A stretch of DNA of 63,222 nucleotides, filler included, from Candidatus Rokuibacteriota bacterium (GTDB lineage Bacteria; JAUVQV01; DATDCY01): assembly GCA_031406795.1 (NCBI GenBank). It is 4 parts of 4 records of this genome, joined end to end, with 100 filler letters (N's around TTAATTAATTAA, not from the genome) between each part and the next. Parts side by side here need not be neighbours in the genome. Positions count along the whole stretch, not along the records: positions 1 to 21,991 come from JANOHV010000139.1; 3 more parts are not named here. One strand, written 5' to 3'. The position numbers and the translations under genes were made by a program. The first letter of the stretch is position 1; every line of letters starts with the position of its first letter. This document shows positions 1 to 10,429 of this stretch, piece after piece. The notes beneath the pieces were generated by a model, which searched no databases, was not told the origin of the DNA, and was given only the letters and a program-made list of their open reading frames with translations.

Positions 1-522
1 GATGGTCGGCAGGAAGTTGATGCCCATCGCGTGGGGAATCCAGTTCTTCTCGTCGTAGATCACCGGGAAGTTGATCTGTATCTTCCGCTGGGCCTCGATG
101 GTGCTCAGGAATTCCCGGATCGTCGCTTCGCCCTCCCGGTATTCGCCGTCGGTGTTCACCGAGATCACCTGGAGACCCTGCGGCTCGTACTTCGTCTGCA
201 GCGCGACCAGGGAGCTGAACTTCTCGACGCAGGCCTTACAGTACTTCGACCAGAAGGCCAGGATTACGGGGCGGCCGCTTTTCACGAGCGCTTCGAAATC
301 CACCTCCTTCCCGAAGATGCCCCGGGCTTTGAATGCCGGGACCGGAGTGCCGATGCGTATCTGGCTGGGATCCATCACGAAGACGGTGGAGTAGTGCGTG
401 AACTTGTCCGCTTCGTCGCCGGCTGCGCCGGCAGCCGGCGCCAGGGGCAGACAAAGCGCCGTCGCGATCGTCACCGCCCGCCGCGCCACTCTTGACCATC
501 GGGAGGAACCAAGCATCGCCAT
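1..522 (-). CDS. TlpA/ResA-like thiol-disulfide oxidoreductase (3' end cut by window edge)
   Basis: Manual minus-strand translation gives a signal-peptide-like N-terminus, then PVILAFWSKYCKAC (CxxC), GLQVISVNTD and NFPVIYD. GGAGGGG lies upstream of the ATG. Not in the ORF track. Confidence 0.85.
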   Translation of the reverse strand, partial: MAMLGSSRWSRVARRAVTIATALCLPLAPAAGAAGDEADKFTHYSTVFVMDPSQIRIGTPVPAFKARGIFGKEVDFEALVKSGRPVILAFWSKYCKACVEKFSSLVALQTKYEPQGLQVISVNTDGEYREGEATIREFLSTIEAQRKIQINFPVIYDEKNWIPHAMGINFLPTI

Positions 523-778
523 CCCCTCCGCCGCCGCCATCGTTGTTTTCACCCGGGCACCACTCTCCGGTTTTTCCGTTCATCGCAGCTTATTGGGCTG
601 AACTTGCGGTGTCAACACGAGCCTCGCGGGACCCGAACCGGCTGGCCGCGACGTGGCGCTTGCACGTCCGGAAAAATCAGCTTACAGTCTTTTCAGTGCT
701 GCCGTGGCGACCCGCGGACACTGGTTTGCCGGGCGCCACGCCAGAGTGCAACCCGCAGTTCCCGAAAAGGAGCGTGCC

Positions 779-1222
779 ATGTTCAAGGAGTTCAAGGAAT
801 TCGCGATGCGCGGCAACGTGGTCGACATGGCGGTCGGCATCATCATCGGCGCCTCGTTCGGCGGCATCATCTCCTCGCTCGTCGCCGACGTGATCATGCC
901 GCCGATCGGCCTCGCGCTCGGCAACGTCGACTTCGCGAACCTCTTCGTGACCCTCAAAGGGGGCGCGAAGGCGGCCGGGCCGTACGCGTCGCTCGTCGAC
1001 GCGAAAGCGGCCGGCGCCGTCACGGTGAACTACGGGGTCTTCTTCAACACGATCGTCAGCTTCCTGATCGTGGCGTTCTCGATGTTCATGGTGATCCGCG
1101 GCATGAACCGGATGAAGCGGAAGGCGCCGGCCGTCGCGCCGACGACCAGGGACTGCCCCTTCTGCATCACGGCGATCCCGCTGCTGGCGAAGCGCTGCCC
1201 GAACTGCACCTCCCAGCTCTGA
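779..1222 (+). CDS. mscL: Large-conductance mechanosensitive channel with C-terminal CPxC-x11-CPxC tail
   Basis: [24 protein letters not shown], the canonical MscL N-terminus; AAGGAG RBS. Confidence 0.95.
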   Translation: MFKEFKEFAMRGNVVDMAVGIIIGASFGGIISSLVADVIMPPIGLALGNVDFANLFVTLKGGAKAAGPYASLVDAKAAGAVTVNYGVFFNTIVSFLIVAFSMFMVIRGMNRMKRKAPAVAPTTRDCPFCITAIPLLAKRCPNCTSQL

Positions 1223-2639
1223 TGGCGAGCGGGAGGCCCTTCTTCTGCAGGTAGTCGTACCTGGTGTTGTAGCCGGGCTGGTAGGCCATGGCGATGATGG
1301 AACCCTGGCCTTCCTTGATGGTGGAGTAGTCGGCGAAATCCAGGGTGCGAATTACCGCCTCGAAAACGCGCAGGGCGCCGGAGTGATCGCAGAGCACGAT
1401 GCGCCGTCCCAGGTTGTTCCTGAGCAGATCGACGAAGGAGTGGGCGATGCGCCAGTCCGCCTCGATCAGGGTCTCTCCCTCGGGGAAGTGATAGAAGCGA
1501 TTCTTGAAGAGCGCCTTCGCGGCCAGCTTCTTGTCCTCGTCGGTGCCGTTCATGGACGGGCCATGGACCTCGAGCAGCTGCCGGGTGATGTCTTTCTTGA
1601 ACTTGTGGGTCAGGGCGCCGTATTTCTGGGAATTGAGCCCATAAAGCGGCGTGAACTCGACGTCCGTAATGCCGGCGGCCTCCAGGAAGCAGCGTAAGGT
1701 CTCCTCCGTGTTCTCGCTCTCACTGCCGAAAATGGGCACTCGCCGGCCGTCCCCGTCCGGCCACAGCGGGTGCCCGCTCCGCGCCATGAGGTCCACCACG
1801 ACCTTGAAGTCGCCGCCCAGTTCCCGGGCGGTGTCGATACCCGCGGGCTTGAGCCGATTGCCGATGGAACCGCTGATGCGCCGGTTGTCCCGCCAGGTGT
1901 CCCAGCAGCCGGAACCGACGAACTCCGGATCGTCTCCGCCGGATTCGTGGCTGGACTTGCCGTGGCGGATGGCGATCAGCTGGGTCTGATTGGCGGGCAC
2001 ATAGGCATTGGGGTAGACGGGCATACCTTTGCCGCTCGGAAGCCAGACAATGGCCTCCTGCAGAAGGTTGCCGCTGCCGTCGTCCAGGATCCGGCCGGTG
2101 TTGCGGTGCCTGCCGCCCGTTATCCTCAGATCCTCCGCCGCGAGAACCAGCTTGGTGCGGTACCGGGTGTGCCGGGCTCCGAAAGGGGGTATGGTGCGGG
2201 GGGCGACCAGATCGTCGAACCGCCGCAACGAGAACTTCTTCCGGAGGACGCGCTTGAAGCTGTCGTTGCCCAGCAGCCCGTTCCAGGCCAGGTAGAAGAG
2301 ATGGGGATCCCCGTCGGGGACCGAGCCCTTCAGGAAGCTGAACTTGTGCTTGATGTAGCTGCTCGGGGTGACGTGGTCCGTGAGGCCGAGGATGAAGAAG
2401 TAGAGGCGCTTGCCGAGAGTCTTCAGCTCCCGCAGGAAATCGTCGGTGACATCCCCCGGCGAAAGGCTCATCCGGTCCCCGTAGATCGCCTTGAGAAACC
2501 GGACGTCGTTGCTGACATTCTCCGTCCGATAGGCGTTGTGGAATTCCGCGTGCTCGCGGTTGATGCCGAACTCCTCGATGAGTCGGGCTTCCCCGCCTCG
2601 GGCTCTGGTTTCTCCCATGATGTCCTCTCTCTCAGTCAT
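1167..2639 (-). CDS. Histidine phosphatase-superfamily protein with unrecognised ~200 aa N-terminal region
   Basis: [15 protein letters not shown] and [12 protein letters not shown] resemble the RHG, GES and SHGG motifs of the family. Confidence 0.65.
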   Translation of the reverse strand: MTEREDIMGETRARGGEARLIEEFGINREHAEFHNAYRTENVSNDVRFLKAIYGDRMSLSPGDVTDDFLRELKTLGKRLYFFILGLTDHVTPSSYIKHKFSFLKGSVPDGDPHLFYLAWNGLLGNDSFKRVLRKKFSLRRFDDLVAPRTIPPFGARHTRYRTKLVLAAEDLRITGGRHRNTGRILDDGSGNLLQEAIVWLPSGKGMPVYPNAYVPANQTQLIAIRHGKSSHESGGDDPEFVGSGCWDTWRDNRRISGSIGNRLKPAGIDTARELGGDFKVVVDLMARSGHPLWPDGDGRRVPIFGSESENTEETLRCFLEAAGITDVEFTPLYGLNSQKYGALTHKFKKDITRQLLEVHGPSMNGTDEDKKLAAKALFKNRFYHFPEGETLIEADWRIAHSFVDLLRNNLGRRIVLCDHSGALRVFEAVIRTLDFADYSTIKEGQGSIIAMAYQPGYNTRYDYLQKKGLPLAIRAGRCSSGSASPAAGSP

Positions 2640-2708
2640 GTGCGGATTACTCCGGCCGCCGTTGGGCCCGCGTTGTCGATCCCGGGCGATCCTCCGCCCG
2701 CTTGCCCG

Positions 2709-3389
2709 TCAGATCAGGAAGCGGTCCGCCTTGCCGAGCTGGATGTACTGGAAGGCTTCCGCCAGCCGGCAGTAGGCCGCCAGCCCGTTGCGGGTGAGGT
2801 TGGCGAACACCAACTCCTCGACGGGCCACTTGCCGTACATCCCCTCGTAGATCGCGAAGAAGGCGCGGATCCGCTCCTGCTGGTGCGAGACGTCGACCAG
2901 CCGGACGGGGTAGCGGGGCCGGGCCTCGTGGGTGAGGTAGACGCTCATGTGTTCCCGGTGCACCTCCCGGCTCGCCGTGAGCGGAAAGCGGGCGTAGGAG
3001 ACGGCGTCGAGGACGATGGCGTGGGTGTTGCGGTGGTCCGGGTGGCCGGCGCCGACGGCGCGGGAGCGGCTCCAGGTGATGACGATCGTCGGCTTCCAGG
3101 CGCGGATGACCTCGCTCACGACGAGGGCGTTCTCCCTGCTGTGGACGATGCCGGCGTCGGGGAAGTCCAGAAAGCCGGTCTCGACGCCGAGGAGGGCGCC
3201 CACCTGCTTTGCCTGCCGCGCCCGCTCGCGGATCTTCTCTTCCTGGTTCATCGCAAGCGTGGTGGCGTTCTCGCCCCGGGAAAGCCACAGAAGCCGCACA
3301 GCGTGGCCGGCGTCGCCGTGGTTGGCCAGGGTGCCGACGCAGGCGGCCTCGTCGTCGGGATGGGCGAAGACGGCAAGAATCCGTTCCAT
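2709..3389 (-). CDS. PIG-L/LmbE family deacetylase
   Basis: AVFAHPDDE and GHPDHR motifs. Confidence 0.9.
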   Translation of the reverse strand: MERILAVFAHPDDEAACVGTLANHGDAGHAVRLLWLSRGENATTLAMNQEEKIRERARQAKQVGALLGVETGFLDFPDAGIVHSRENALVVSEVIRAWKPTIVITWSRSRAVGAGHPDHRNTHAIVLDAVSYARFPLTASREVHREHMSVYLTHEARPRYPVRLVDVSHQQERIRAFFAIYEGMYGKWPVEELVFANLTRNGLAAYCRLAEAFQYIQLGKADRFLI

Positions 3390-3452
3390 GCGCTCAGTGT
3401 AGTCAAGCGCCGGCTCGAAAGCCAGACCGCGGCGGCAGAGCAGGAGGCCGTC

Positions 3453-3590
3453 TTACTGGAAGATCTTAATCCCGGACTGCCCGAGCAGCCACCAGAACAG
3501 AATGAACAGGAGCAGGGCGGTGCAACCACAGCCGCCGCCCACCTTCTTCGCGCCATAGCCCGCCACCAGTCCACGCAACAGCTTGCTCAT
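3453..3590 (-). CDS. Small 45 aa membrane protein
   Basis: MSKLLRGLVAGYGAKKVGGGCGCTALLLFILFWWLLG...; GGAGGGG RBS; one hydrophobic helix. Confidence 0.65.
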   Translation of the reverse strand: MSKLLRGLVAGYGAKKVGGGCGCTALLLFILFWWLLGQSGIKIFQ

Positions 3591-3931
3591 TCGCCCCTCC
3601 CTTTCATATCCATCGATCGTGCCCTTGCAGCTTCTGTCAATCCCGATGGTCCTCCGCATTGTACCACCTCTGCGATCGTGAGCCGGACACAGCTGAAGCT
3701 GAAATCGACCCGGGGCCATCCTCCAACCGACTGTCCACCGGTATTTCGAGGCCGGTGCCTTGACAATCCTCCGCCCTGCACGGAGAATCGCCTCTATCAC
3801 GAAACAAAGCACGAACCAAAGGACTTCTCGGCGAAACGACGACGCTCGGGGAGCGAATGGAAATTCATGCGAAGGGGCTGACAAGGAGGTCTCATTCAGA
3901 TGACTGATGGAGTCCCGGCAAGGAACCGCGC

Positions 3932-4480
3932 ATGAGAATCTCCTTACGGCTCGTGACCGCGGGTCTGCTCGCCTGTCTGATGATTCCTCAACCGGTCCTG
4001 GCTGGCGGGGACCTTGGGCAGGCCCCCTTCGAAATCGGCGAGAAGCTCTTCGCCAAGAAACACTACAAGACAGCTCTCAAGTATTACGCAAAAGCACTCG
4101 CGCAGAACGACAGCAGGGCCCATTACCGGATGGGGCGTGCCTACGAAGAGATCGCCCAGCATGAGGACGCTCTCTACCATTATCGGTTGTTCGTCGATCT
4201 TGGCCAGCAAGACACCCAACACCACGATGCCGTCCAACGGGCCGGTGCCATCGAAGAGCGACTGAAGAGGGAAAGCGATCGAACGACGGAACTCCTCGAA
4301 CGGGGGAAGAGCCTCCACAAGGAGGGGAAATATCGGGAAGCGGAGAAAGCACTTTTTCGTGCCGCATCCAGGGACCCGAAGAATCCCGAGATACACTTCC
4401 ATCTTGGCGAGGTCTACCTGAAATTGGAGGCTTACGACAAGGCCACGGCGGAGTACAAGAAAGCGAAGGGATTCTTTTGA
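3932..4480 (+). CDS. Exported tetratricopeptide repeat protein
   Basis: Signal peptide followed by TPR-like repeats (AHYRMGRAYE, IHFHLGEVYLKLEAYDKA). Confidence 0.85.
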   Translation: MRISLRLVTAGLLACLMIPQPVLAGGDLGQAPFEIGEKLFAKKHYKTALKYYAKALAQNDSRAHYRMGRAYEEIAQHEDALYHYRLFVDLGQQDTQHHDAVQRAGAIEERLKRESDRTTELLERGKSLHKEGKYREAEKALFRAASRDPKNPEIHFHLGEVYLKLEAYDKATAEYKKAKGFF

Positions 4481-4584
4481 AGAAACGAGCCCACGCTCAG
4501 GACATCTGCCAGGAAGCGGAACTGTTCCCGTAGTCGCGCGAAGTCTTCGCGTTAGATTATTCGACGATCATTTGCATCGGCCGG

Positions 4585-4652
4585 CAGCGCTTCGCGCCCG
4601 ACGGCTTCAACATCGGCATCAACGTCGGCCAGGCCGTCACTATGTTCAACCT
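4585..4652 (+). pseudogene. HIT-domain fragment
   Basis: Translates RFAPDGFNIGINVGQAV, similar to the HIT motif PDGFNIGINxGxAAGQ; no start or intact frame. Confidence 0.6.
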
Positions 4653-4714
4653 CAAGCCGGGACGCTCATCTCCTGTATCATCACTGCCATACACAATGCC
4701 CAGAGGGGGGTGCC

Positions 4715-5365
4715 ATGAGCCATGGAGTGCCGATCGTTCGCGTCGAGGTCTTCAGCGACTACACCTGACCGTGGTGCCTCATCGGGGCGGTCCGCCTCGA
4801 GAAGGCCCGTGCCGGGCTCGCCGGCCGGATCGAGCTTGCGATCGCCTGGCGCCCTTTCGAGATCCACCCGGAGGTGCCGACGGCGGGGATGCCGCTCTCG
4901 GCCCTCGGCTACGACCCCGACGACCTCGCGACGGCAATGGCGAGACTGCGCCGCCAAGCCGCCGACGAGGGGATCGAGTTTGCTCCCCGCTCGCCCGAGT
5001 CTCTCCTCGCCAACACGCACCGCGCCCTCGCGGCAAGCGCGATCGTCCAGGAGGCTGATCCGGGGCGCTTCGAGGCGTTCCATCACGCGCTCTTCCACGC
5101 GGGCTTCGGCCAGTTGCAGAATATCGGAGACGCGTCCGTCCTGCACAGGATCGCCGCCGAAGTGGGGCTCGACGCCCCACGCCTCGACGCTGCCCTCGCC
5201 GCCGGCGTCGGAGAGGCCGCCCTGCGCAAGGCGACGGAGGACGCACACCGGCGAAAGATCACCGCTGTCCCGGCGTTCGTCTTCGGTGGCAAGGAGGTCA
5301 TTGTCGGCGCTTACCCGTCGGAGGCGCTCCGGCAGGCAGCGGAGCGGGCCACCGCACCCGGCTGA
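4715..5365 (+). CDS. DsbA/FrnE family oxidoreductase with in-frame TGA (probable selenocysteine, UPWC)
   Basis: VRVEVFSDYT-TGA(4766-4768)-PWC..AWRPFEIHPE..ITAVPAFVF; hairpin just 3' of the TGA; frame otherwise intact (217 codons). Confidence 0.85.
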
Positions 5366-5375
5366 CGGTCCCGCC

Positions 5376-5421
5376 TACGACAGCTCTTTCAAAGAATATG
5401 GCGCTGCGGCCGCCGACGGAA
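5376..5421 (-). pseudogene. 3' stub of the DUF4172-Fic gene
   Basis: ctacgacagctctttcaaagaata..ggcgctgcggccgcc closely matches the gene ends at 16390 and 19428. Confidence 0.75.
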
Positions 5422-5461
5422 GGGCGGCCTACGGCGAGGGCCGCTGACCGTTACGGGCTTG

Positions 5462-6463
5462 TCAAACCGTCGAGGCGAGGACGCGCGACTCAGTGGGACC
5501 CGTAAAGGGGAGCAGGCGCACATCCCGGGCCCCGGCACCAGCGAGCATCGCCGAAAGCTCGGAAAGCGAGTACGAACGCCCCTCGGCGGTGCCGGCAAGC
5601 ATGTTGAGACTGAAAAGTGCGGGGAAAACCGGGCTCGTCCTGGAGTCGTCGAGGATGAACTCGTGCACGAGGAGCAGCCCGCCGGGCTCGAGCGCCCGCG
5701 CCGCCTTGCCGATGATCGCACGGCACATCGAAGGGCCTTCGCCGTGCAGGATGTGCGACAGCCACGCAACATCGAAGCCGCCGGGGAGTTCATCCGCGGT
5801 GAAGTCGCCCCCCGTGAAGGAGACCCGGTCGCCGATGCCGGCCGCGCCGACGATGCGCTCGGCGAACGGTTTCGATGTCGGCAGATCGAAGATTGTCGCG
5901 GTCAGGCCGGGATTGGCGAGCGCGAACTGGACGGCCCACGTGCCGGGGCCGCCGCCGAGGTCCAGCAGGCGGCGGCGTCCGCCGAGATCGATCTCCCGCG
6001 CCGCCCGCGCCGCCGTCCCGAGGGAGTTGCCGTGCATGCCCATCAGGAAGTCCTCGATCTCCGAGGCGTCCCCGTGGCTGGCGCGGCCGCGCACCGGCCC
6101 GCCGGCAAGTGCCGCCTCGTGGAGCCGGTTCCAGGAGGGGACGAGGTTGGCGTGATGGCGGACCATGAACCCGATGTAGTTCGCCGATCCCCGCACGAGG
6201 TAGGTCAGGGCGGATGGGGAATTGGCGAAGCCCGCGTCCGTCCTGTCCAGCAGCCCGAGCGCGGTCAGCGCTTCGAGGAGTGTCGTCACGCCACGCTCGT
6301 CGCCCCCGACCCGTTGCGCAATCTCCGCCCCGTCGAGGCGCGCCTCGCCGATGACGGTGAAGATGTCGAGCCGGACGCCGGCGTGCAACGTAAGGCTCTT
6401 CCAGTACGCGCCGGACATCCCGAGGATTTCCCCCGGGCCCTTTGCTGGCTTTCGTTCTTCCAT
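5462..6463 (-). CDS. O-methyltransferase (Methyltransf_2 with dimerisation domain)
   Basis: LLDLGGGPGTW, GGDF and FDVAWLSHILH; start at 6463 or 6481. Confidence 0.9.
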   Translation of the reverse strand: MEERKPAKGPGEILGMSGAYWKSLTLHAGVRLDIFTVIGEARLDGAEIAQRVGGDERGVTTLLEALTALGLLDRTDAGFANSPSALTYLVRGSANYIGFMVRHHANLVPSWNRLHEAALAGGPVRGRASHGDASEIEDFLMGMHGNSLGTAARAAREIDLGGRRRLLDLGGGPGTWAVQFALANPGLTATIFDLPTSKPFAERIVGAAGIGDRVSFTGGDFTADELPGGFDVAWLSHILHGEGPSMCRAIIGKAARALEPGGLLLVHEFILDDSRTSPVFPALFSLNMLAGTAEGRSYSLSELSAMLAGAGARDVRLLPFTGPTESRVLASTV

Positions 6464-6547
6464 GACGGGTAGATTCTTCATCGTCTGGGGACGGGTGTCA
6501 ACGCCCGCCCGGCACACAGAAGCTCCTTGACACAGAAGCGCGCACGT

Positions 6548-6563
6548 CTTACCCTGATGTAAG
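6548..6563. promoter_or_regulatory. Putative antitoxin operator palindrome
   Basis: CTTAC-cctgat-GTAAG just upstream of the AbrB antitoxin RBS. Confidence 0.45.
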
Positions 6564-6578
6564 AAAGTGAGGTGCCGC

Positions 6579-6806
6579 ATGTCCACGGTTACCATGTCGT
6601 CGAAGGGCCAGATCGCCATTCCAGCGAAGATTCGCCGAGAGCTGCATCTCGAGCGCACTTCCCGCCTCGAGGTCTGCGTCGAGCGGGACCGTCTGGTGCT
6701 CACACCCATTCGCGAGGAGTCATGGCGCGAGTTGCGTGGAAGCCACCGCGGGACGCGTTTGACCACATGGATCGAGGAGGAACATCAGCGGGAGCGCGAA
6801 CGTTGA
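6579..6806 (+). CDS. AbrB/MazE/SpoVT family antitoxin
   Basis: MSTVTMSSKGQIAIPAKIRRELHL. Confidence 0.9.
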   Translation: MSTVTMSSKGQIAIPAKIRRELHLERTSRLEVCVERDRLVLTPIREESWRELRGSHRGTRLTTWIEEEHQRERER

Positions 6807-7225
6807 AGCGGTAGGTCTTCGATTCGTGGGCCCTCCTTGCCTGGCTTGGAGGTGAGGAGCCGGCTGACGCCGAGGTGCAGTCCCTGCTCGATGCCGCGGC
6901 GGCAGGACGTGCCGAATTGTGGATGAGCATCATCAATCTCGGCGAGGTCTACTACGCAACGGCAAGGAAATCGGGGATCGAGAAGGCCCGCGAGGACCGC
7001 AAGAGTTTAATGCAGTCTCCCATCCGCTTCGTCGAAGTGGATGACGATCTGGTCTGGGAGGCGGCGGAAATCAAAGCGGCCCATGCTTTGGCCTACGCCG
7101 ATGCCTTCGCAGCGGCGTTGACCGTGAGGTTGAAGGCCGTCCTGGTCACCGGCGATCCCGAATTTGACGTCCTTGCAAAGAGTCGTCTGATCGCTGTGAA
7201 GAGACTCGCTCGCCTGGCGAGATGA
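6803..7225 (+). pseudogene. vapC: VapC/PIN toxin with nonsense codon 4
   Basis: TTG AAG CGG TAG GTC TTC GAT = MKR*VFDSWA; the rest is intact (NLGEVYY, AYADAF, TGDPEF). Confidence 0.85.
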
Positions 7226-7248
7226 AAAACCTGGGGCCTGGGCAGCGC

Positions 7249-7377
7249 GCCTTCCTTCGCCGACAGACAGATCGCCGCTGTGGCGGCGTGAACGGTTTGG
7301 TTCTTGTCACGCGAAAGGTGAAGGACTTTCGGCACTTCAAAGCGCTCCGTCTCGAGAACTGGTTCGTCCCGGACTAA
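7249..7377 (+). pseudogene. C-terminal fragment of a PIN toxin (frameshifted)
   Basis: PSFADRQIAAVAA / NGLVLVTRKVKDFRHFKALRLENWF. Confidence 0.7.
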
Positions 7378-7465
7378 TTACACGGTGATCCCCGCCTGAT
7401 CGAAGGGCCCGCAGGTTCCCTCTCGACTCATAGGTTTGGAGGGACTTTTCGACTAAAATGTCTTC

Positions 7466-7657
7466 GTGAAGCCCAAGTCACTCGCCGAGTCAAATTCGTA
7501 CCTCAAGGGCAAGCAACCCTTGGCGGCTGTCTTCGCGCGGACCGTTGAGAGTTCTACGGCCATCGAGGGTGTCCACCTCAAGCTTGAAGGACACAAGTTA
7601 AGCACAACTACAGGGAAGCGGAACTGCTCCCGTAGCCGCGCAAAGGCTTCTCGTTAA
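7466..7657 (+). CDS. Orphan FicA/VbhA-like antitoxin (possibly degenerate)
   Basis: Small ORF with VESSTAIEG, matching the (S/T)xxxE(G/N) Fic-inhibitory motif. Confidence 0.5.
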   Translation: MKPKSLAESNSYLKGKQPLAAVFARTVESSTAIEGVHLKLEGHKLSTTTGKRNCSRSRAKASR

Positions 7658-7689
7658 CGGCTGGGAGGCTTGATGAGAACGCCCGTCAG

Positions 7690-10265
7690 CACGGACTGCC
7701 CGTTCTGCCAACCCGCCCGCGAGCGCATTCACGCTACGACGGCGACGTGCCCGACCCGCGCGGCGGCGTGCGCTGGGTGATCCCCACCAAGGGGAATTAC
7801 CTGTCGCCCCCTTCGACCAGCTCAGGACGAACGGTTACGCCTGAGGCCTCCGCCGCCGAATCGCCCTCCCCCGACCGCTCCCGCCTCATCTCCGGCGGCG
7901 CCGACGACCCGCTGCTGCATTGTCTCAGCGAGGAGTTCACCCGCGCCGACCAGGTCGATATCGCCGTCGGCTTCGTGATGCCCAGCGGCGTCCACCGCAT
8001 CGAGACGCACCTCCGCGACTTCCTCGAGCGCGGCGGCCGTCTGCGCCTGCTGACCGGCGACTACCTCGGCGTCACTGACCCCGACGCACTTGTCCGCCTG
8101 CTCGACCTCGAGGGCGACCGCCAACTCCGGGTGTTCGAAACGGGAAGCAGGTGTCCCGTCGCCTTCCACCCCAAAGCCTACGTCTTCATGCGCGCCGGCG
8201 GCGACGGCGTGGCCTTCGTCGGCAGCTCCAACCTCTCCGAGTCGGCGCTCCTGACCGGCATCGAATGGAGCTACCGCACGGTCTCCTCGACGGACGCCCC
8301 TGCCTTCGCCGGTATCACCCAGGTCTTCGAGAGCCTCTTCCAGCACCCGTCCGCGCGGGAGCTGACGGCCGCGTGGGTCGACAGCTACCGCCAGCGCAGG
8401 AAGATCGCCCCCCGGCCGGAGACCGCGGCCCCGCCCGTCGATGTCGAACTCGAACCGCAGGCAGTCATCCCGCCGCACGCGGTCCAGCTCGAAGCGCTCG
8501 CCGCGCTGGAGAAAACCCGCGCCGACGGAAACACCGCCGGGCTCGTCGTCCTCGCGACCGGCCTCGGCAAGACCTGGCTCAGCGCCTTCGACTCGAACCG
8601 CCCCGAGTATCGCCGGATCCTCTTCGTCGCCCACCGCCCACCTCGAGCGCTTCAGTCGCGACGCCTTCGACTACATCGTCGTCGACGAGTTCCACCACGC
8701 GGCCGCCGCGACCTATCGGCGCCTCATCGACTGGTTCCGCCCCAGGTTCCTCCTCGGCCTCACTGCCACGCCGGAGCGCACCGACGGGGGCGACCTGCTC
8801 GCGCTCTGCCAGGAGAACCTCGCCTACCGCTGCGACCTGGTCGAGGGCGTCCGGCGAGACCTGCTCAAGCCTCGGACCCTGTTCGGCCTGCCGCCGGGGG
8901 AACAGGCTGTTCTCGACCTGCTGGAGAGGGCGCGCGGCGGCCCCATCGAGATCGCCCCCGGGTGCTTCGTAACGTACGAGCTGGAGACCATCGACATCCT
9001 CGGCGGGCTGGTCCGGCCGCCGACCACGGACGCCCTGCGGCGCTACTACGAGGACTTCGTCGAACTGCACGGCCTGCGCCCGCGGCTATCGAGGCCTTCC
9101 ACGACGGCTACACCCCGCGCGCGATGCGGCCCCGGCACGGATCCTGGCTCGGCTTCATCGCCTCGATGCCTGCTAATACCGCTTCCCCGGCGAGATCGGG
9201 ATCGAGCAACTCGGCGACGCCGTCGCGCATCTGGCATCCCGGAACCACCTGTTGCGCGACGATCTCGGACCCAGAGTCGACCAGACGGACGGCCTGCGGC
9301 GGCTCCTCGAGGAGAATCCCATCGCCGCCTGGGTCGGCGGCAGTGGCACGGGAGGCACACCGTACTTCGCGTATGAAGGGGGCGTCTTCAGATCTAAGCT
9401 CCCGACTGAGCCGGCGGAAAGGACGGCATTCCAGGAGCTGACTCGCGAGATCGTCGACTGGCGGCTCGCCAATTACCTTCAGCGGCACGAGCGCCAACCC
9501 GACGACGAAGTCGGATTCGTCTGCAAAGTATCGCATTCGGGCGGCAAGCCGATCCTCCGCCTCCCCGACCGCGAGAGCCACCCAGACCTGCCGTCCGGTC
9601 CGACGCCCCTCGAGATCGACGGGATTCCCTTCGACGCGGACTTCGTCAAGGTCGCCCTCAACGTCGTCCGCCAGCCGGACAACGCGCAGAATCAGCTGCC
9701 CGGCATCCTGCGGGGATGGTTCGGTCCCGAGGCCGGATTGCCCGGGACCAGGCATGAGGTACGGTTGGAGAAGACGGAGGCGGGATGGAGGATGAAACCA
9801 CTCGGGCGGCGGGAGGGCCAACTGCAAATCTGGCGGCGATATTCGCGCGAGGAGATTCCGAAACTCTTCGGGTTCCCCTTCTCCGTGGCTGTTTGGAACG
9901 TCGGCTTCGTCGCCAGTTTCCAGGGGCATCTGTTTTTGTTGGTCACCGTGGATAAGAGTGGCAAGGGCACAGATTTCCAATATCTCGATCGTTTTCTCTC
10001 ACCTGATGTTTTTGAATGGAAGAGCCAGAATCGCACGACGCAGGCAAGCAACCACGGTCAACTCATCAGAGATCACAAAGTCCGCGGAGTTGCTGTTCAC
10101 CTGTTCATCCGAAAGAGCGGCAAGATTCCAGGCGGTGGGGCCTCCCCCTTCCTTTACTGCGGCAACGTGGCGTTCACTGACTGGGAAGGCGAAACGCCGA
10201 TTACCGTCCACTGGCGGCTGCCGGAGGCGGTGCCGGAACGGCTACGGGCAGAACTCGGGATTTGA
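7690..10265 (+). pseudogene. Decayed HIT-PLD nuclease-SF2 helicase-DUF3427 fusion gene
   Basis: DCPFC..GDVPDPRGGVRWVIP (HIT ends), FHPKAY..VGSSNLS (PLD), ATGLGKT, VVDEFHH, LGLTATPER, and YLDRFLSPDVFEWKSQN (DUF3427-like). Split over three frames with internal deletions. Confidence 0.85.
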
Positions 10266-10429
10266 ATAGAGCGGGTGGTAAACTCGGGCTAGTTCCTCAT
10301 GGCATTGTTCTTAGGGCTTGACCCCAACGGACGCAAAATCAGGCCGGACTCATGACGTCACGACTGCCGAGAAGATCGGAGTGACCGCATGGCGCACGCC
10401 ATTTCGAACGTCATCCTCGTGCGGACGGC

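Noticed and set aside
6812..6814. Amber recoding or pyrrolysine at in-frame TAGs (6812, ~10449)
   Set aside because: TAG is used as a normal stop by many genes here, and both cases lie in a region full of pseudogenes.
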